From: Yuukianura sp. NJ FZ-2021
Taxonomy: Eukaryota
DNA: 64,000 nt
Assembly: GCA_046563655.1 (NCBI GenBank)
Contig: CM102286.1
Coordinates: 6,014,001 to 6,078,000, forward strand
Reading direction: 5' to 3'
Made by a program: the position numbers and the translations under genes. Position 1 is the stretch's first letter, and every line of letters begins with the position of its first letter. Below the pieces are notes generated by a model. It worked only from the letters and a program-made list of their open reading frames with translations, searched no databases and was not told where the DNA came from. Positions 13,580 through 26,585 of the stretch are shown here, in pieces.

Positions 13580-14111
13580 CAAGGCAACTAAACAAAAAGA
13601 CACGAGCTTTCTAAGGTAGTCTCACGAGCGGTTTTTTCAATTTTTTTTGCGATATTTTTTAGTGGGACGGATTGTTTGGTTTCCAAGGAAATAAAACTTT
13701 ATAAAATTCGTACAAAGGTTGGTTGTAATGTAATTGTATGTAATGTAATGTAATGAAATGTAATGTAATGAGTAATGAGACAATGATGTGTTTCTTGTAA
13801 CCAGTGTTCAGTATTTTACGCAAATCAACTATTTGCCAATACCTAAGTTGCGTTGAATTCGTAGTAATTATAAGCGTAAAATTTGCCTATTCGATTTTCT
13901 AATCCTAAAACCAATCTACCCCATTATTGGCTACACTGGGTGGTTAAAATGGAGGATATTTGACTTTGTACTCCGACCAAAGGAAAACGTTGTCGCAGCA
14001 AACCTAAAAACAAACAATCCGCCCCACTAAAAATATCGCAAAAAAAAATTGAAAAAACCGCTCGTGAGACTACCTTAGAAAGCTCGTGTGTCTTTTTGTT
14101 TAGTTGCCTTT
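13580..14111. mobile_element. Long-TIR MITE, P-element-like termini (copy 1)
   Basis: TIRs of about 100 bp starting CAAGGCAACTAAACAAAAAGACAC. 8-bp TSD ACCCTATC at 13572-13579 and 14112-14119. The right end here reads CCTTT, but copy 2 ends CCTTG (16575-16579), implying 5'-CAAGG termini. Confidence 0.8.
13724..13777. repeat. Imperfect (TGTAA)n microsatellite inside the long-TIR MITE
   Basis: Direct reading: tgtaatgtaattgtatgtaatgtaatgtaatgaaatgtaatgtaatg. Confidence 0.85.
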
Positions 14112-14319
14112 ACCCTATCCTTCACCAACCCTCTTCGCGCCTTTCTTTCAACAAATTTTTCTGCGCCAAGAAAATCAAAAAATAAACAACGGTTGAATTG
14201 AACAAAAAAGTTGTCCCGTGCCCGTCACTTCTTTTTCCTTCTACTCTACAATTTAACATATGGTTTAGATTGAGTAAATTCTACTATCACTAAAAATTGA
14301 CAATAGTCATTGATAATTA

Positions 14320-14560
14320 TTCAGTGACCGAAATGCTTTCAGTGTTCATTGACTATTTCTAAGCGACGGAAGAAACTTTTCAGTGGCGATCCAAAACTCT
14401 TCAGTGATCACTGCTGATTTTTCAGTGACAACGCAAAACTTTTCAGTGATCACTGCTGATTTTTCAGTGACGACGCAAAACTTTTCCGTGATCACTGCTG
14501 ATTTTTCAGTGACCATCAAAAGTGTTTAGTGGTTACAAATGATTCTTCAGTAATCACTGG
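14320..14560. repeat. Minisatellite with a 42-bp unit built from ~21-bp TCAGTG-containing subunits
   Basis: TCAGTGATCACTGCTGATTTTTCAGTGAC..CGCAAAACTTT occurs at 14401 and 14443, with a more diverged third copy at 14485 and degenerate subunits on both sides. Confidence 0.85.
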
Positions 14561-14984
14561 AAGATCACACCTGTGTAAATAAAGCAGAGCTGTGAACGGG
14601 AACATTTGGAAACTTTGCCTTACTTCAACTTCTTCTCACTTGACACTTTTTTTCTTTCTCTAAAAACAAATCCAAAAAGTTTTCGAAGAGAATTCTGTCC
14701 TATAGCGGTAAGCTAGTCTCGATGCCGAATTTATTTATTCTTTCCGTTGGCTGAGGTAACGATATGTTACTTGTAGCCAGTTTTCTATATTTGGCACAAA
14801 ATCGACAATTTGCAGGTGATGTGCAATGAATTCTTATAAATTATAAGCGTAAACCTTGTATAAATCCATTTTCCAATCCTAAAACCAATCTAAGCAGGTT
14901 CGATGATTGGTTACACTGGATGGTTACAATGGATGAATTTACTTTGTACTCCAACCGAGGAAGACGTTGTCACAGGAAAGTTAA

Positions 14985-15586
14985 GGAGAGACCAGAAAAG
15001 AAAACCAATGTTTTCTGGACGAAATTTTCGCCCGATAGCAAACTCTCGTGATGTGGAGCAGCCAGTGTTGCTGGATACTTAAACGTCCAGTGGCTTAATT
15101 GCCACTTCCACTGGATATCCAGTAGATGAAATGGGGCCCTACTGGACGATGGATGGAAGAAATCAGCTGAGTTTGAAAATTCAGCGCGAATTTCAAATAA
15201 ATTTAAATTAAATAATAGGAAACACTTTAATTAAGTATTTAAACCGCTTTTACTTAATTGGCGATGTTATTAGAACTTATTTTACCACAATTTCCGGATG
15301 TTTTTGTTTTGTTTTTTATTTCTTCCCGATCTTTATTATGAAATTATGCATACCCTGCGGGCAAAGCTCCGCCCATTTGGATTCATCCATTTCGTCCATT
15401 TCTTCCACTGGATATCCAGCCGTGGATGAAATGTCGAAAAAGTGGATATCCAGCAACACTGGGAGTAGCGTATGCGAATGCGAAAAATGTGGTCGTAGTT
15501 TTTCGAGCGCCTAACCAATCATACAGGCAATGCACCTGAAGTCTTATGGGAAACTGCGTATATGCGAATCTGTCCATAGTATAATC
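14985..15586. mobile_element. TTAA-flanked element (copy 2 of the 10485 family; Kolobok-like target and terminus)
   Basis: TTAA at 14981-14984 and 15587-15590. The equivalent empty site in the paralogous host (about 14004) has a single CTAA. The right part is the reverse complement of 10485-10670, and the terminus reads TTAA|GATTA in both copies. Confidence 0.7.
15063..15461. mobile_element. hAT-type MITE
   Basis: 15-bp TIR CAGTGTTGCTGGATA. 8-bp TSD GGAGCAGC (15055-15062) / GGAGTAGC (15462-15469). The uninterrupted paralogous site at 10765-10772 has one GGAGCAGC. Confidence 0.9.
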
Positions 15587-15610
15587 TTAAAAACAAACAA
15601 TCAACCCCAC

Positions 15611-15963
15611 TGTTGCGATATGTAGCAAATGATCAGATGGGAGAGCAGATGAAGATGAATTGAATGACTCTGATTTATTTAATTACTACAAATACTTAAT
15701 AGTGAAAGGTTATTTTATTATGAAGTGAAAAAATGACTTGTTGAATTGAAGTGAAAGATATGACTGATTACTTGTACTCTTAAGACTAAATGCTATTGCT
15801 GTGTTGTGTTTTTCTGCTTGTTTTTGACCGTTGGGGCGCTACCATAACCTAAGGCTAAAATTCAACACTACTCCTATTTTTAGGTTACAAAGTAGATGCT
15901 ATTCTGAAAGTCTGTGTTTTTTGTTATTTCTAAAACCTATGAGGTAAAAAGCCACACCCTACA
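15611..15963 (-). mobile_element. Putative solo LTR (353 bp)
   Basis: An insert absent from host copy 1, bounded by TGT...ACA and flanked by CCCAC / TCCAC (5-bp TSD, one mismatch). AATAAA on the minus strand near 15673-15679. No internal retroelement sequence is adjacent. Confidence 0.65.
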
Positions 15964-16006
15964 TCCACTATAAACTGAAAAAACCGCACGCAAGACTACC
16001 TTAGTA

Positions 16007-16533
16007 GGAAAAATTGTACTACCGAGGTGTTGACCTAATTTGCATGTGACATATGCTCTTACACTAATTCGAGGGTGCTGATCACGAATCTGCAATCAGA
16101 TTTGGGCGGTCTCGTCAAGGAACAAAGTTACGAATTTTTGAAATTTTGAATGTTTCCTATGCTAGACGTAGACATCAGACTAGATCCTACAGACGTAATC
16201 ACTATTGTGTGCTAAACCAAACCTAACTCCGTGCCTTCGGCGCGGAACCGTATGCTAAGCTAGCCACACTTCATCAGTATTGCTAACTGTGCCAGAAAGA
16301 GGCTTTTGTTGGCGGAGAAAGAGAAGTGAACTTTTTTTTTCGACTTCCTCATTTCTCTCATCTCCACTCATTCAAAACCCTATTGATCCATGTAGAAATA
16401 GAAAAATCGTGACTTTGTTCCTTGACGAGACCGCCCAAATCTGATTGCAGATTCGTGATCAGCACCCTCGAATTAGTCTAAGAGCATATGTCATATGCAA
16501 ATTAGGTCAACACCCCGATAGTACAATTTTACC
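16007..16533. mobile_element. MITE with ~130-bp TIRs, GG...CC termini and 8-bp TSD (Merlin-like)
   Basis: Near-identical inverted arms at 16007-16139 and about 16402-16533. TSD CCTTAGTA at 15999-16006 and 16534-16541. The superfamily call rests only on termini and TSD length. Confidence 0.8.
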
Positions 16534-17501
16534 CCTTAGTATTTAGTAATGCGGCGTGTAATTTTGTTTAGTTACCTTGCTGTAATTCATGTGTGCTGAC
16601 GAACTTCGTAATTTCACTCTCAAAGATAACGGTGATCTAGATTCTAGAACTAACCTTGTGCTAATGCCAAAGTTCTGGGACACGTGATGATATTGATGAC
16701 CTCGAATTTTCTTCGGTATGACGGACTTGATCGATGCAAGGACTTTGTTCAGGTTGCTCGATGGAAAGTGGTTGGTCGGCGTGTTTTTTTCCAAATTCTA
16801 AACAAACAAACACATTTACTAGATACAGAAAAAACAGATTATAGATCATGTGCAAACTCAAGTTCAATTCCCGACTTTAGCGCCCAAGTGTGAGGGTTGA
16901 CTCCATCTTGCTCATTACAAGCACTGGAGGAAACTTTATAATATCGTAAATTAAATTACGCTATGTAGCATGCAAAAATTTAAAATGATACGGGTTTTGG
17001 TTGTAGATGATGGTGTGAAGACAAACTGGTGAAAGCGCACTGGACAAGAATCCTTTAGTTGAGTTTATGCTAGTCGAAGTCGAAGGAGAGAGGTCACATC
17101 ACAATGAAAACTGACAAGAGTTTAGGTAGAAAAACTCGACGTGGCTAAAATGGCGGAACAAGGAGTGGAGCGAAGTGGAGTTGTTGTGCGAAGAGAAAGT
17201 GACTCTAGAACTGAATCGAACTCGTCGGACGCTGAAGAGGAACTGAGAGTTGAGTAACCATCCACTCTGTCTCTCCTTCCTGAAGTGGTGAAGTTGGGTG
17301 GAATTGAAAATCCTTGCTGGAGTGGAAACGTGGACGCTATTCATTGGTGGAAGCATTGACGCAAAACATTTTTGACAAAGACCCCCGCCTACATCCTTAC
17401 GTAATCAACAGGCAGGCCAAAACTATTTAGTTTTTATGCCCGTAATATTAATAAAAACCATATACGACTTTTACTAAATATTTATAAGCCCATACACTTA
17501 A

Positions 17502-17750
17502 TAGGGAGTTTGCGTTATAAATAAATTATAGAACTTGTACAAAGTATAGAATTTATAAAGTCTGTTTAAACTTTTCGGATTTGCCAAATTTATAAACATA
17601 GGACAAATGAGAAAAGTGACGTCACAGATTTGACTCAACCAATCACAGGAGCCGTAACAAAGCGGGTTGTTGGGGGTGGAAAGGCGCGGGACTTACCAAA
17701 GTCTATAATTTCAATAAATTCCATAAGTGATTTGCAACGCAAACTCCCTA
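17502..17750. mobile_element. Short-TIR MITE
   Basis: TAGGGAGTTTGCGTT ... AACGCAAACTCCCTA perfect 15-bp inverted ends. The TSD can be read as TA or AAT, so the superfamily is unresolved. Confidence 0.65.
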
Positions 17751-20700
17751 ATCTTAAATAATTAAATATGTGAAAAAGAAGTTATAGTTTTTAAGCAATA
17801 TTTGAAGAGTTTCAATAATAATGAAGAGTTTCTACCGCATATTGTTGGCAAGCCTGATAATCAACAACGAGAAAAATCTTATAAGAGCATTGTTAGATAT
17901 ACTAAGGTGGGTTCGTTTGTTATATTGGGGGAGTTTACCAAACTTCGCAGTTCCCCTACACAATGCACTAACTACGGAATTTTCATCATTAAAATTTTTT
18001 GCTGCCCCAACCTGATTATGAAACAGCGCCACAGTATCAATTCTAATCACTTGTTTTTTCAGACCTCCCACGCCGATGTAAGCATCAAGTTGCGAAACCT
18101 AGTACTTCATGGTATTTGCTCTGTCTGGCTGTATGTCCGTACCGCTCAACTTTCCCAGCAAATTGTAGCAACATTCAAATTTTTCCTTTCCACACCAAAA
18201 ATCTCAGTGGCAGGCAGTCCTCTATGTTCATTTGGGTAGCCCGATCTTCTGAAAACGCATAAGTCAAGTGTCTATTTCATGCCTATCTGTCTCTCTCATT
18301 CTTTCGTTCTTAATTGCTATTTTCTAGTACGGAGACGCTTTGAAATAGAAACAACCATGAAACCTTCGCTACTTCGTTATAGACAGTGTATTGCCAGTTT
18401 TTTGTGTCCTGTCCTTGACTTGTGTTAGTACATATAGTAAATAAGTGTGGTGTTTCTATTCTGGTTTTAGACTCTGATCATCATCACGAGGTTTCATTGA
18501 CATGAAAAAAATCTGGTTAACTTCTCCCAGTGTGAGATTAGGGGGATATTGGTGCCAAAATTTAAAACTGCTTTGCTGTATCACTTAGCTGGGGAAAATT
18601 TTTTCACTTCTGTACTATGTGACACTGAAGTCTACTGTCTACTATACTCAAAAAAGGTCTTGAGTATCGTGATTACAAAACCCCTTGTTCCCAAAGAAAA
18701 ACTTGTGACTCATACTCATACTCCTCTTCTTAAACAAAAAAGAAGCATCTTAAGATTAGATTATACTACGGAATCCATCCCTTTTCACAGATGTAGATTT
18801 AGGAAGCTTGTTATAGCCTCAGATATCCTTCACATTGGATTTAAGTTACAAAGAGTTGGAGATTTGTGTACGGAAGCGTGAAAGGGCCACATGTGAATAA
18901 GTTAATCCGCTTGAGATGAACACACCAGTCCACTTTTATATGATAGACGAGCCTTTCAAGCACTCTGTAAGATTTTGTTGTTCACTCCTCAACCCTCACG
19001 ACCACTGTATGATTTCACGAATGGCTATGGTATCTTGCCCTTTTACGCTTCCAACAAAAGAGAAATGAAAACCTTTCCAAAAAATTTCGTGCTTCCACAT
19101 GTGATTTGAAAAAGATTTCTTCAGCAAAAATTTGTTAAATGCACCACCTCCAATAATACCTTCATCATTAAACTATCAATAAATAAATGAGGTGTATTTC
19201 ATATGTTTTCAAGAGGTATACATAGGCAATGTAAATTATAGTCCAAGTCAAAATTCCGTACAGATTGTTTATTTAAAAATTCGTATTTTTCCCCATGGTT
19301 ACGCTACGGCAAAACTAACCACAATGCACCCTTCTGAATGAAAAAGTATTGTAAATTTAAAGTGGGTACGCGCTACCCAATTCGAACTAAAAAAAAATAG
19401 GAAAAATTATTCGAGTTCTATTAGATCGAGTGGCACTGGCTTCCCTTCAAATTTGCTAACTTTGAACTTAAGTTTACGTTCCATAATTCGTTGTAGGGTT
19501 GTTACACTCATTGTCGGGAAATAGGGGTCATCACGCAGGACCCTTGACGTATTCCACTGTTGAAACAATTTTGTTGGAGTAAGCAGTGAGAATTATTCTT
19601 CGGATTACACCTTCGTCAAAAGAATCGAGAACAATTTTCTTTCTGCCAGCGTTTTTGTTTTTCGTGGACGCAATTCCGTCCACCGAACGGGATTCCCTTG
19701 CTAACTTGTAGACAGTACTTTTGCATTTAATGCGAAAGTATTGTGGATGAGTAAAGAATATTACCCTTAATCAACTAAACTTTTCGAAAAATTGCATTTG
19801 TTAAAGCTCAGATGAAAATACAAAACAAAGAACAAACCATTGCAATGCGTTGTTGTAAAAAATACTCGAGACTTCCCCATTCAAAGATCAACCATACGGA
19901 GTTGGGCATGACTCTTAATTAAATTACGTTACCGTCGCTCAAGAAATAAATGATAATTTAGTTAAAATGCAAATTAAACCTTTGTGCAAACTTGGGTACA
20001 ACGCTGCTCGGTATATTTTTCGTCAATTTGGGTGTTTGTCGGGGCAACGGAGAAATTTGACGAATCAACAATCTGTACGGAATTTTGACTTGGACTATAA
20101 TCATGATGAACCCAGGCTTAAGGACGAAAAAAATCCAACTTTTAAATTTAAATTATAAAGACCAGTGCGACAGCATGCATTTTTTATGTCTCTCCGTTCA
20201 TGAGGTGGAGCAGTGAATCTTGGCCTACCGCAAGAGCGAAGTGGAAATGAAAGTGAAAACCCACTTCCATGTACAGTACAGGTTTATGAAAAAAAAATCC
20301 GGGGTAAAGCATCCGTCGCTTTGGTTCGACTACCATTTTTCCTAGTTACAGTGTGCAAAACTATAGGTCCTACCTCCTTCTTGTGACAAATTACTTTTGT
20401 ACGATTAATCTTGGGAGCTGTCATCCCCTTTTTCATCTGATCTTGTCTGTGGGCAGAATTGCGGATGAGCAGTTGAGAAGGCTTAAGTCCCTCAGACCAA
20501 AAACTTGCAATCTCAAATGCGTTTATCATTTGTGCGTGTCCTTTTGCTGTTGAATGTAACTAATAGTTAAGATTCGTTTAAGAGCATTGTTCCGGATTTA
20601 GCAACAAAATGCTAACATAACCTTTATGCTAAACGCATGCTATAAGCACATCGAGACTCCAACTATGGGTGGTAAAGCATTTTCCACTCAGGAAAGGAAA

Positions 20701-23700
20701 TTGACTTTTTCCTCGCGATGCTTCCCGGATTCTGGGTACCGCTCAACACATCTTCGCTAATGTTTTTGTTATTTTCAGAGTAATCCTCCCATTTTCAGAC
20801 TTTGCAAAATTTCAGTTTGATTAATCTATTCTACCCGCCTACTTTCCACCCTCGAGTCAGATCATTAATGCACCAGAAGACAGACTATTGTATTTTCTCA
20901 TGGGCCTTTGGCTACAGTTTTCGTTTTACTTTTAAAAAAAATGCCCGCGTGAAATTCTGCACCTAGATAACAAGTTTTGATGAATTTAAAAAAAAATTCT
21001 ACACTACAATTTTAATTGAATTTGTGAGTATCGAATTGTAGATTTTGCACGGTAAATATTTTGTGAACAGAATTTCTACACTACACGTTAAAAATTTATT
21101 TAAAAACTTCCGAATTTATTTTTTATTTTTTATTAAACATGCGGATTTAAATTTTAAAGCCAAAATCTCGTTTCCAAGCATAACTCTTTCATAACTTTCT
21201 CATTCCATACAGGTACAAAGCTCGATTCGTCCCAAAGCACCAAGCCAACCCTTCCAAAGATCTTTTGTAGCGAAATAGTGTGCTCCAGAATCCATAGAAA
21301 GTGACTTAAAGCGCCGAGGAATGTAGTTTCATTGTCGGAAAACTTTATATCACCAAGTCCAAAGAAGATTTATTGCATTGATATGTTTTTCAAACTGCCG
21401 AAAGAACTGGCAGAGAAGATGCAAGTAGAAAAAGTTTTCCCCGCCTCTTACAAGACGGAGCTTGGCTCCAGTAGTCGAAAAATAAAAAAGAAAACCATCA
21501 CATTGGATTTCGATTCGTCTGTTTAGGTTAGTGAGTCTTAAAGGCCTATTCCATAAGTCTCCAAGTCTAACTTCCATTGCACAATGCAATAATCTATAGG
21601 AGCATACTTCTTGAAAGGCAATAATAAAATCCGCCTGACGTTTTGTTCCAATAGACCTTCAATGAAAAGCGTCGTTCCAGACACGGGCGAAATTCTTAGG
21701 TGACGTTTCTCCGCCAATTTCAAACATTCGATTGGATCTTGTCGGCTTCAACTGAAGTGAGGAACGCAAAAGACGGTGTAATTGAACTTTTACTTATATT
21801 TAGAATGTCTGTCACAGTAATAACTTTCAGAACGTGAGGCGTGACAAAGGTTTCGGGTTAACTACATCAAAGGTTATTTGAGGTAGCTTTGTCGATGAGT
21901 GAAATTTTTCATAACAAAATGTAATCTAAGCAGCCTGTAAAGCCTCAATTATGTTTTAAAGCACGAGATCAAATGGAACGCTAAACAAACTTTCAAAAAA
22001 AAAAGTCAGAAATACTTAAACCCTAGAGAAAAATAATGAGGCCAGCCAAAGTACGCTTTAATCCAGTTTAAACAGAGGTTTAATGTGCAAGACAAACTCT
22101 AAATTCCTTTTGAAACCTTTTTTATTAGGTTCTGAAAAAATATCCAATCTCAAATTGAGTTGACCTAAACCAGCAGGTTGAAACTAAAATTTAAACAATA
22201 CCAACAGGATTCACAGAAATCTGAGCCAGCAAAAACTATTTACCTTTACCAAACATTGGGTTTCATTTTAAAATAACCTTACCAACTAACTTTCAAATAT
22301 ATTTTTGGCTTCAAGAGCGTACCCTCCAATCCTCTCTCCAGCCGCTGGCTTTCAACTTTCACCAGAGATCTCTTCCAACTTTGTAAATTTCATTTCCTAA
22401 GTAAACTGAAAAGAGATACATACTAGTTATTTTGGGTGAAGTGGTAAACACAAATCCAGTGATTAATCAGGATTTCAATTTCTATTAGATGGTGACTAGG
22501 ATATGGCTTAACTAGAAGACAGTGTAATCACATTTAAGAAAGGAGAGAGACGTTCTTGGCAGCATTTATTTTGTGAAGGATCTTCTGAAGGAAATTTAAA
22601 GCAATTAGAAATAGAGATTAAGAAAATTTTGTCTCGGAAAGACTTATACTTTCACTTTCAGTCCTTGATTTATTCCATGGGCAAACTACTTTCACTTTCT
22701 AATTGAATATGCATGAGGAACAGAGGTTGAAAAGAAAGAAGAAAGTCTCGGGAGAAGTCATACATGATGCACATCAATTACACTGCTGCCCCACTAACTC
22801 CACTAACTCTAAACTTTTTACTTTCTATTTAATTCAATGAGCACGCAATGCACGCACTTTCAAACACTGCCGACCCACATTTTTTAAATTTCTCTGTAGA
22901 CCAAAAAATAATTAAAAAAGGCTTCACCAAAAATTTGTCCTACATTCATTATTTTTTTTTGTTCCGCACGCTCGTTCTGGTGGTATGAGTTAAATTATTG
23001 ATTGCGTCCACGCTGTTTTGCAATTTATAAAATTCAGGAACTTAATTTTCCAATTTGTTTTCCTCTCCAAAAAATAGTAAATATTTCCAATTTGAAGTTT
23101 TTGGCAAGAGTACAAGTCTTGTGGGCAACAAAGCCCTTCATCCTGTTTTTGTGTTCCGAGTAGTTTAGGTGTGGACTGGAAAGTTGCAAACGTCATTAAA
23201 GGCATCTGGGCAAAGAGCCATATGGCACATCAAATTATTTGCACAATTATTACTTAGTAAATTACAACACTTCTCTTTGTCGCTTTATTATTTCCGTTTT
23301 TTCCGCCGAACTTTGGAAACGCGGTATAAGTAAACAGCATTTGAAACTGGATTTGTTTTAGCTTTTGGATGTATGTTCCTCCCGACAGTCTAACTTTCAG
23401 CTCAACTTTTTTAAGTTTAGTCTCGGTAAAAAATAAATTAAAAGCAGGATCGGATCAAAGACGGATACTGTTATGAATCAATGTGAAAAAATGAGCCAAT
23501 ATTTGTAGCGTTTAGCTACAATTATTGTAGTTATACCATGATAGAAAGTAGAGCATTTGGCCCTTTTACGCTTCCACATTCAGAGTTTTACAAAGTAAGG
23601 TATAACATAGGATTCTAACCTGGCCTTGGCCATTCGTCAATGGCACATTTAATGTAGGTAGAACTAGAGCTGGCGCCTTCCTGTGTCGGAAATACAGTTA

Positions 23701-26585
23701 CTTTTCCATTAGTCTTTTGGTTAAACTTTTTCAATATCTGGTGACCTCACAATGAAGTTTAGGTTAAGTGATAAGTGTGAAAACACAAAAATACCGGCGG
23801 ACAATAAACTCAAAGAAAGAAAAATCCTAAATATTTTGAACAAAGTAGCACATAGTCCACTACTGACAAAAGGTCACTTCAGTCACTACTGTTTTTATAC
23901 CTAAAACGTAAGCCTTTGCTACTTGTTATAAAAGATGATCGATAATTTAGTTTTGAAATACTAAAGTAAACCATGAAGTGTTATACCCTAAGCCAAACGT
24001 CATCAAAATTGCAACATATCAGCGTTACAAATCCCAGTGGGTACATAAGTTACTCGTGTATTTTCCCTTGTTCATAATAAAATTTCAAATGTCGCTTCGT
24101 CCAGTGCCACTCAAGGATGCAAATGAAAACTGAATTACAACTTCTCATGTGTACTAGCGCTAAAATAATCCAAGCTGCTTCTCATGTTTAGTGTTTACGA
24201 GTTTTTCAAAAACAAAAATCCAGTAGCCTGCTGGCAAGTTGATCGTTTTAAGCACACGCCAGGAAATGAATGCTTTTTGGTCTCGTTTGCAGTGAATGAG
24301 GGTCGAATTAAATGAAAGGCAAAAATCGAACTACTCCAACAAAAATCCTCAAATGTTGTGAATCTACAAATTCTTTTCCAAGCGCCAAAATAATTTTTTT
24401 CAAACAGTTTGGATATTTGTCTTCCCCTTTGCTAAATTTATGGAATTGTTAATATGAACTTTAGTAGTATACTATGTGTAAGTAAACTTAAAATTGAAAT
24501 TCTCTTAAAATCGAAGAATTTAGGTGAAAGGAATTTGGTAAAAGTGGTTCATAATCTCAACTTTCACCGAGAAACTTAATCCTGTACGGATGATGAAAAC
24601 CATGAAGAGCAGATTAGGTGTATAGATCAAAGCCATATATACTGCGTCGCTTCGTGATAGCAAATTTGAGTGTCAAGACTGACTGTGACATGACACCAAC
24701 TCCAGGAGGCGTACTGAAGTTTCAGAAAATGTGCTGAAACTGCAAATTGTTGTCAAGCCTTTGGATTTAGATAAGTGAGTCGCAGAAAAGTTACTGCTTT
24801 GTGGCACTTCTCAGATGGTAGTCCCGAGACTGGTGTGGCATGTGATGCAAATCTTGAAAAAGTGTTTGCAATATGTTTCGCTTCCCCTTGTCACTCCATT
24901 CTTATTTTGACAAAATTCAGCACTCTCAAAGTTAGGCCCAATGTGTCAAAAGGCTGACACCAGTTAACAGAGTTGCAAAATCTCACAACCTACAATCATA
25001 ACTAGTTACAGAGTAGTTAAAAATTGCTGACGCCATCAAAAAAGAGCATAAAAGTGACTGTGTTGAAAACTGTCGACGGTGACTACTGGAAGTAAAGTTT
25101 GCTTCACTTTCGTTTTTTTTTGCTTACTCCGTCTCATTTTGAAAAGCGACCTGATTAAATCTTTCCCGCTTATAATTTTTTTAAATTCTGGAGCATTAGG
25201 GAAGCTTAATCCCTTGAATGTATCCTGTGTGGAAGATTCCTTTCATTCATGAAGCTAAGGACAAACGCCTTAAGCTGTTCACAGAAGTGGATGATGATGA
25301 GGTGGGAAAAGAAGCGTCTGTGGAGATATGGAGGCAGACTTCTTCCGATTTCCGAAATGCTGTGGAGCAGACTAAAAGTATTTTGCAAAAATTGGATGAA
25401 TATCGATCTGATTCATTTTCCTGTTGGGGGTTAAGAGGATGGAGGCATCTCCGTGATCCGCTCCAGAGTCACTCACATTGTCAATGACTTTGAGACGCAG
25501 TGAAAACTGGGGAAAGCAATATGCTTTATGGTGAAAGTTTTTGGAAAGTGTAGCATAGGAATAGAAAAGTTTAACCGAGTCTCCACCTCCATGTGTGACA
25601 CATTCGCAGAGTCTCCAGAAAAACTGGAACTTTTTGGCCCAACTACAACGAATTCCACTTGTATTGGTTTTTTTTTTGTATTTCAGCGCTCGGGAGAACG
25701 TGAATTGGATGTGGTCCGTTTTCTTTTGACGTCTCATAACTATTCTGGACCAGGTTTGAATTCACAAACACTCACTTCCATTTTAGTGGAATTTGTAACA
25801 TCATCAGTCAATTGCGTCCCACCTAGTACACTAATTCCCCAACTTCAGATTTTGACCGGATTTGTGCTCATTTGCACCGCATATTCCTAATTTAACAGAA
25901 AAATTAAAACGAATTTTGTATTTTTGAAATTGAAAGCTTTTCTACAAGTAAACTTTTTAATTGATTCTGAGTGCGTTGATTCATTTTTACAATCAAGCTA
26001 CGCTCCCACGTCTTATAACTAAAATACACTAATTAAAAAAAAATAACAATAATAATAAGAGGAAAGTCCAGTTTTCAGAAAGGCGAGCATTACGGCGATG
26101 CATTTTGAGAAAAACCTGGAATTCGAAAAACTCAAGTTTAGTTTTGAAGCAATTTTGTCTTTTATTGGCAATTTTCTTAACTAAAATTGCACATTACTAC
26201 TCTTTTTTAAGGTCAAGCGCAATTGCTTCACAGGAAACTTAAAATAAATTTGAGACAAGTTGGACAAATTTTATTTTTCAGAATTTAGTTTGAAAAAGAA
26301 AATCAAAATAGTTTTGTAGAAAGGAGACCTTGCATGACACTAAAATGAAAAGTTTTTCATGTTAATAATAAACGGTTGGTAAGTTACGATTATGGTAATG
26401 TTGCTTTAAACCTTTACGACATTTTTCGTTTAAATAGAGTTCCTCTTTTAGTTTGTCACAAGTGATAGCTTTCACGTCTGTCTCTCTCTTCTGTGTCATC
26501 TTTCCTCTTAAGCTAGTATTTCTACATTGAGAATCATGGTTTAGACAATCCTGTTCCAAGTTGGTCAAATTCATTTTGTGCTTTT

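Larger units (their letters stand above)
14755..16579. mobile_element. Older, interrupted copy of the P-like long-TIR MITE (left end missing) hosting nested insertions
   Basis: Segments 14761-14980, 15587-15610, 15964-16006 and 16542-16579 are collinear with about 13785-14111 once the inserts are removed. Confidence 0.75.

Noticed and set aside
18480..21780. Fragmentary protein-like frames at about 18549-19110 (+) and 21250-21723 (-)
   Set aside because: Multiple stops and frame changes with no identifiable motif; a pseudogene call cannot be supported without a homology search.
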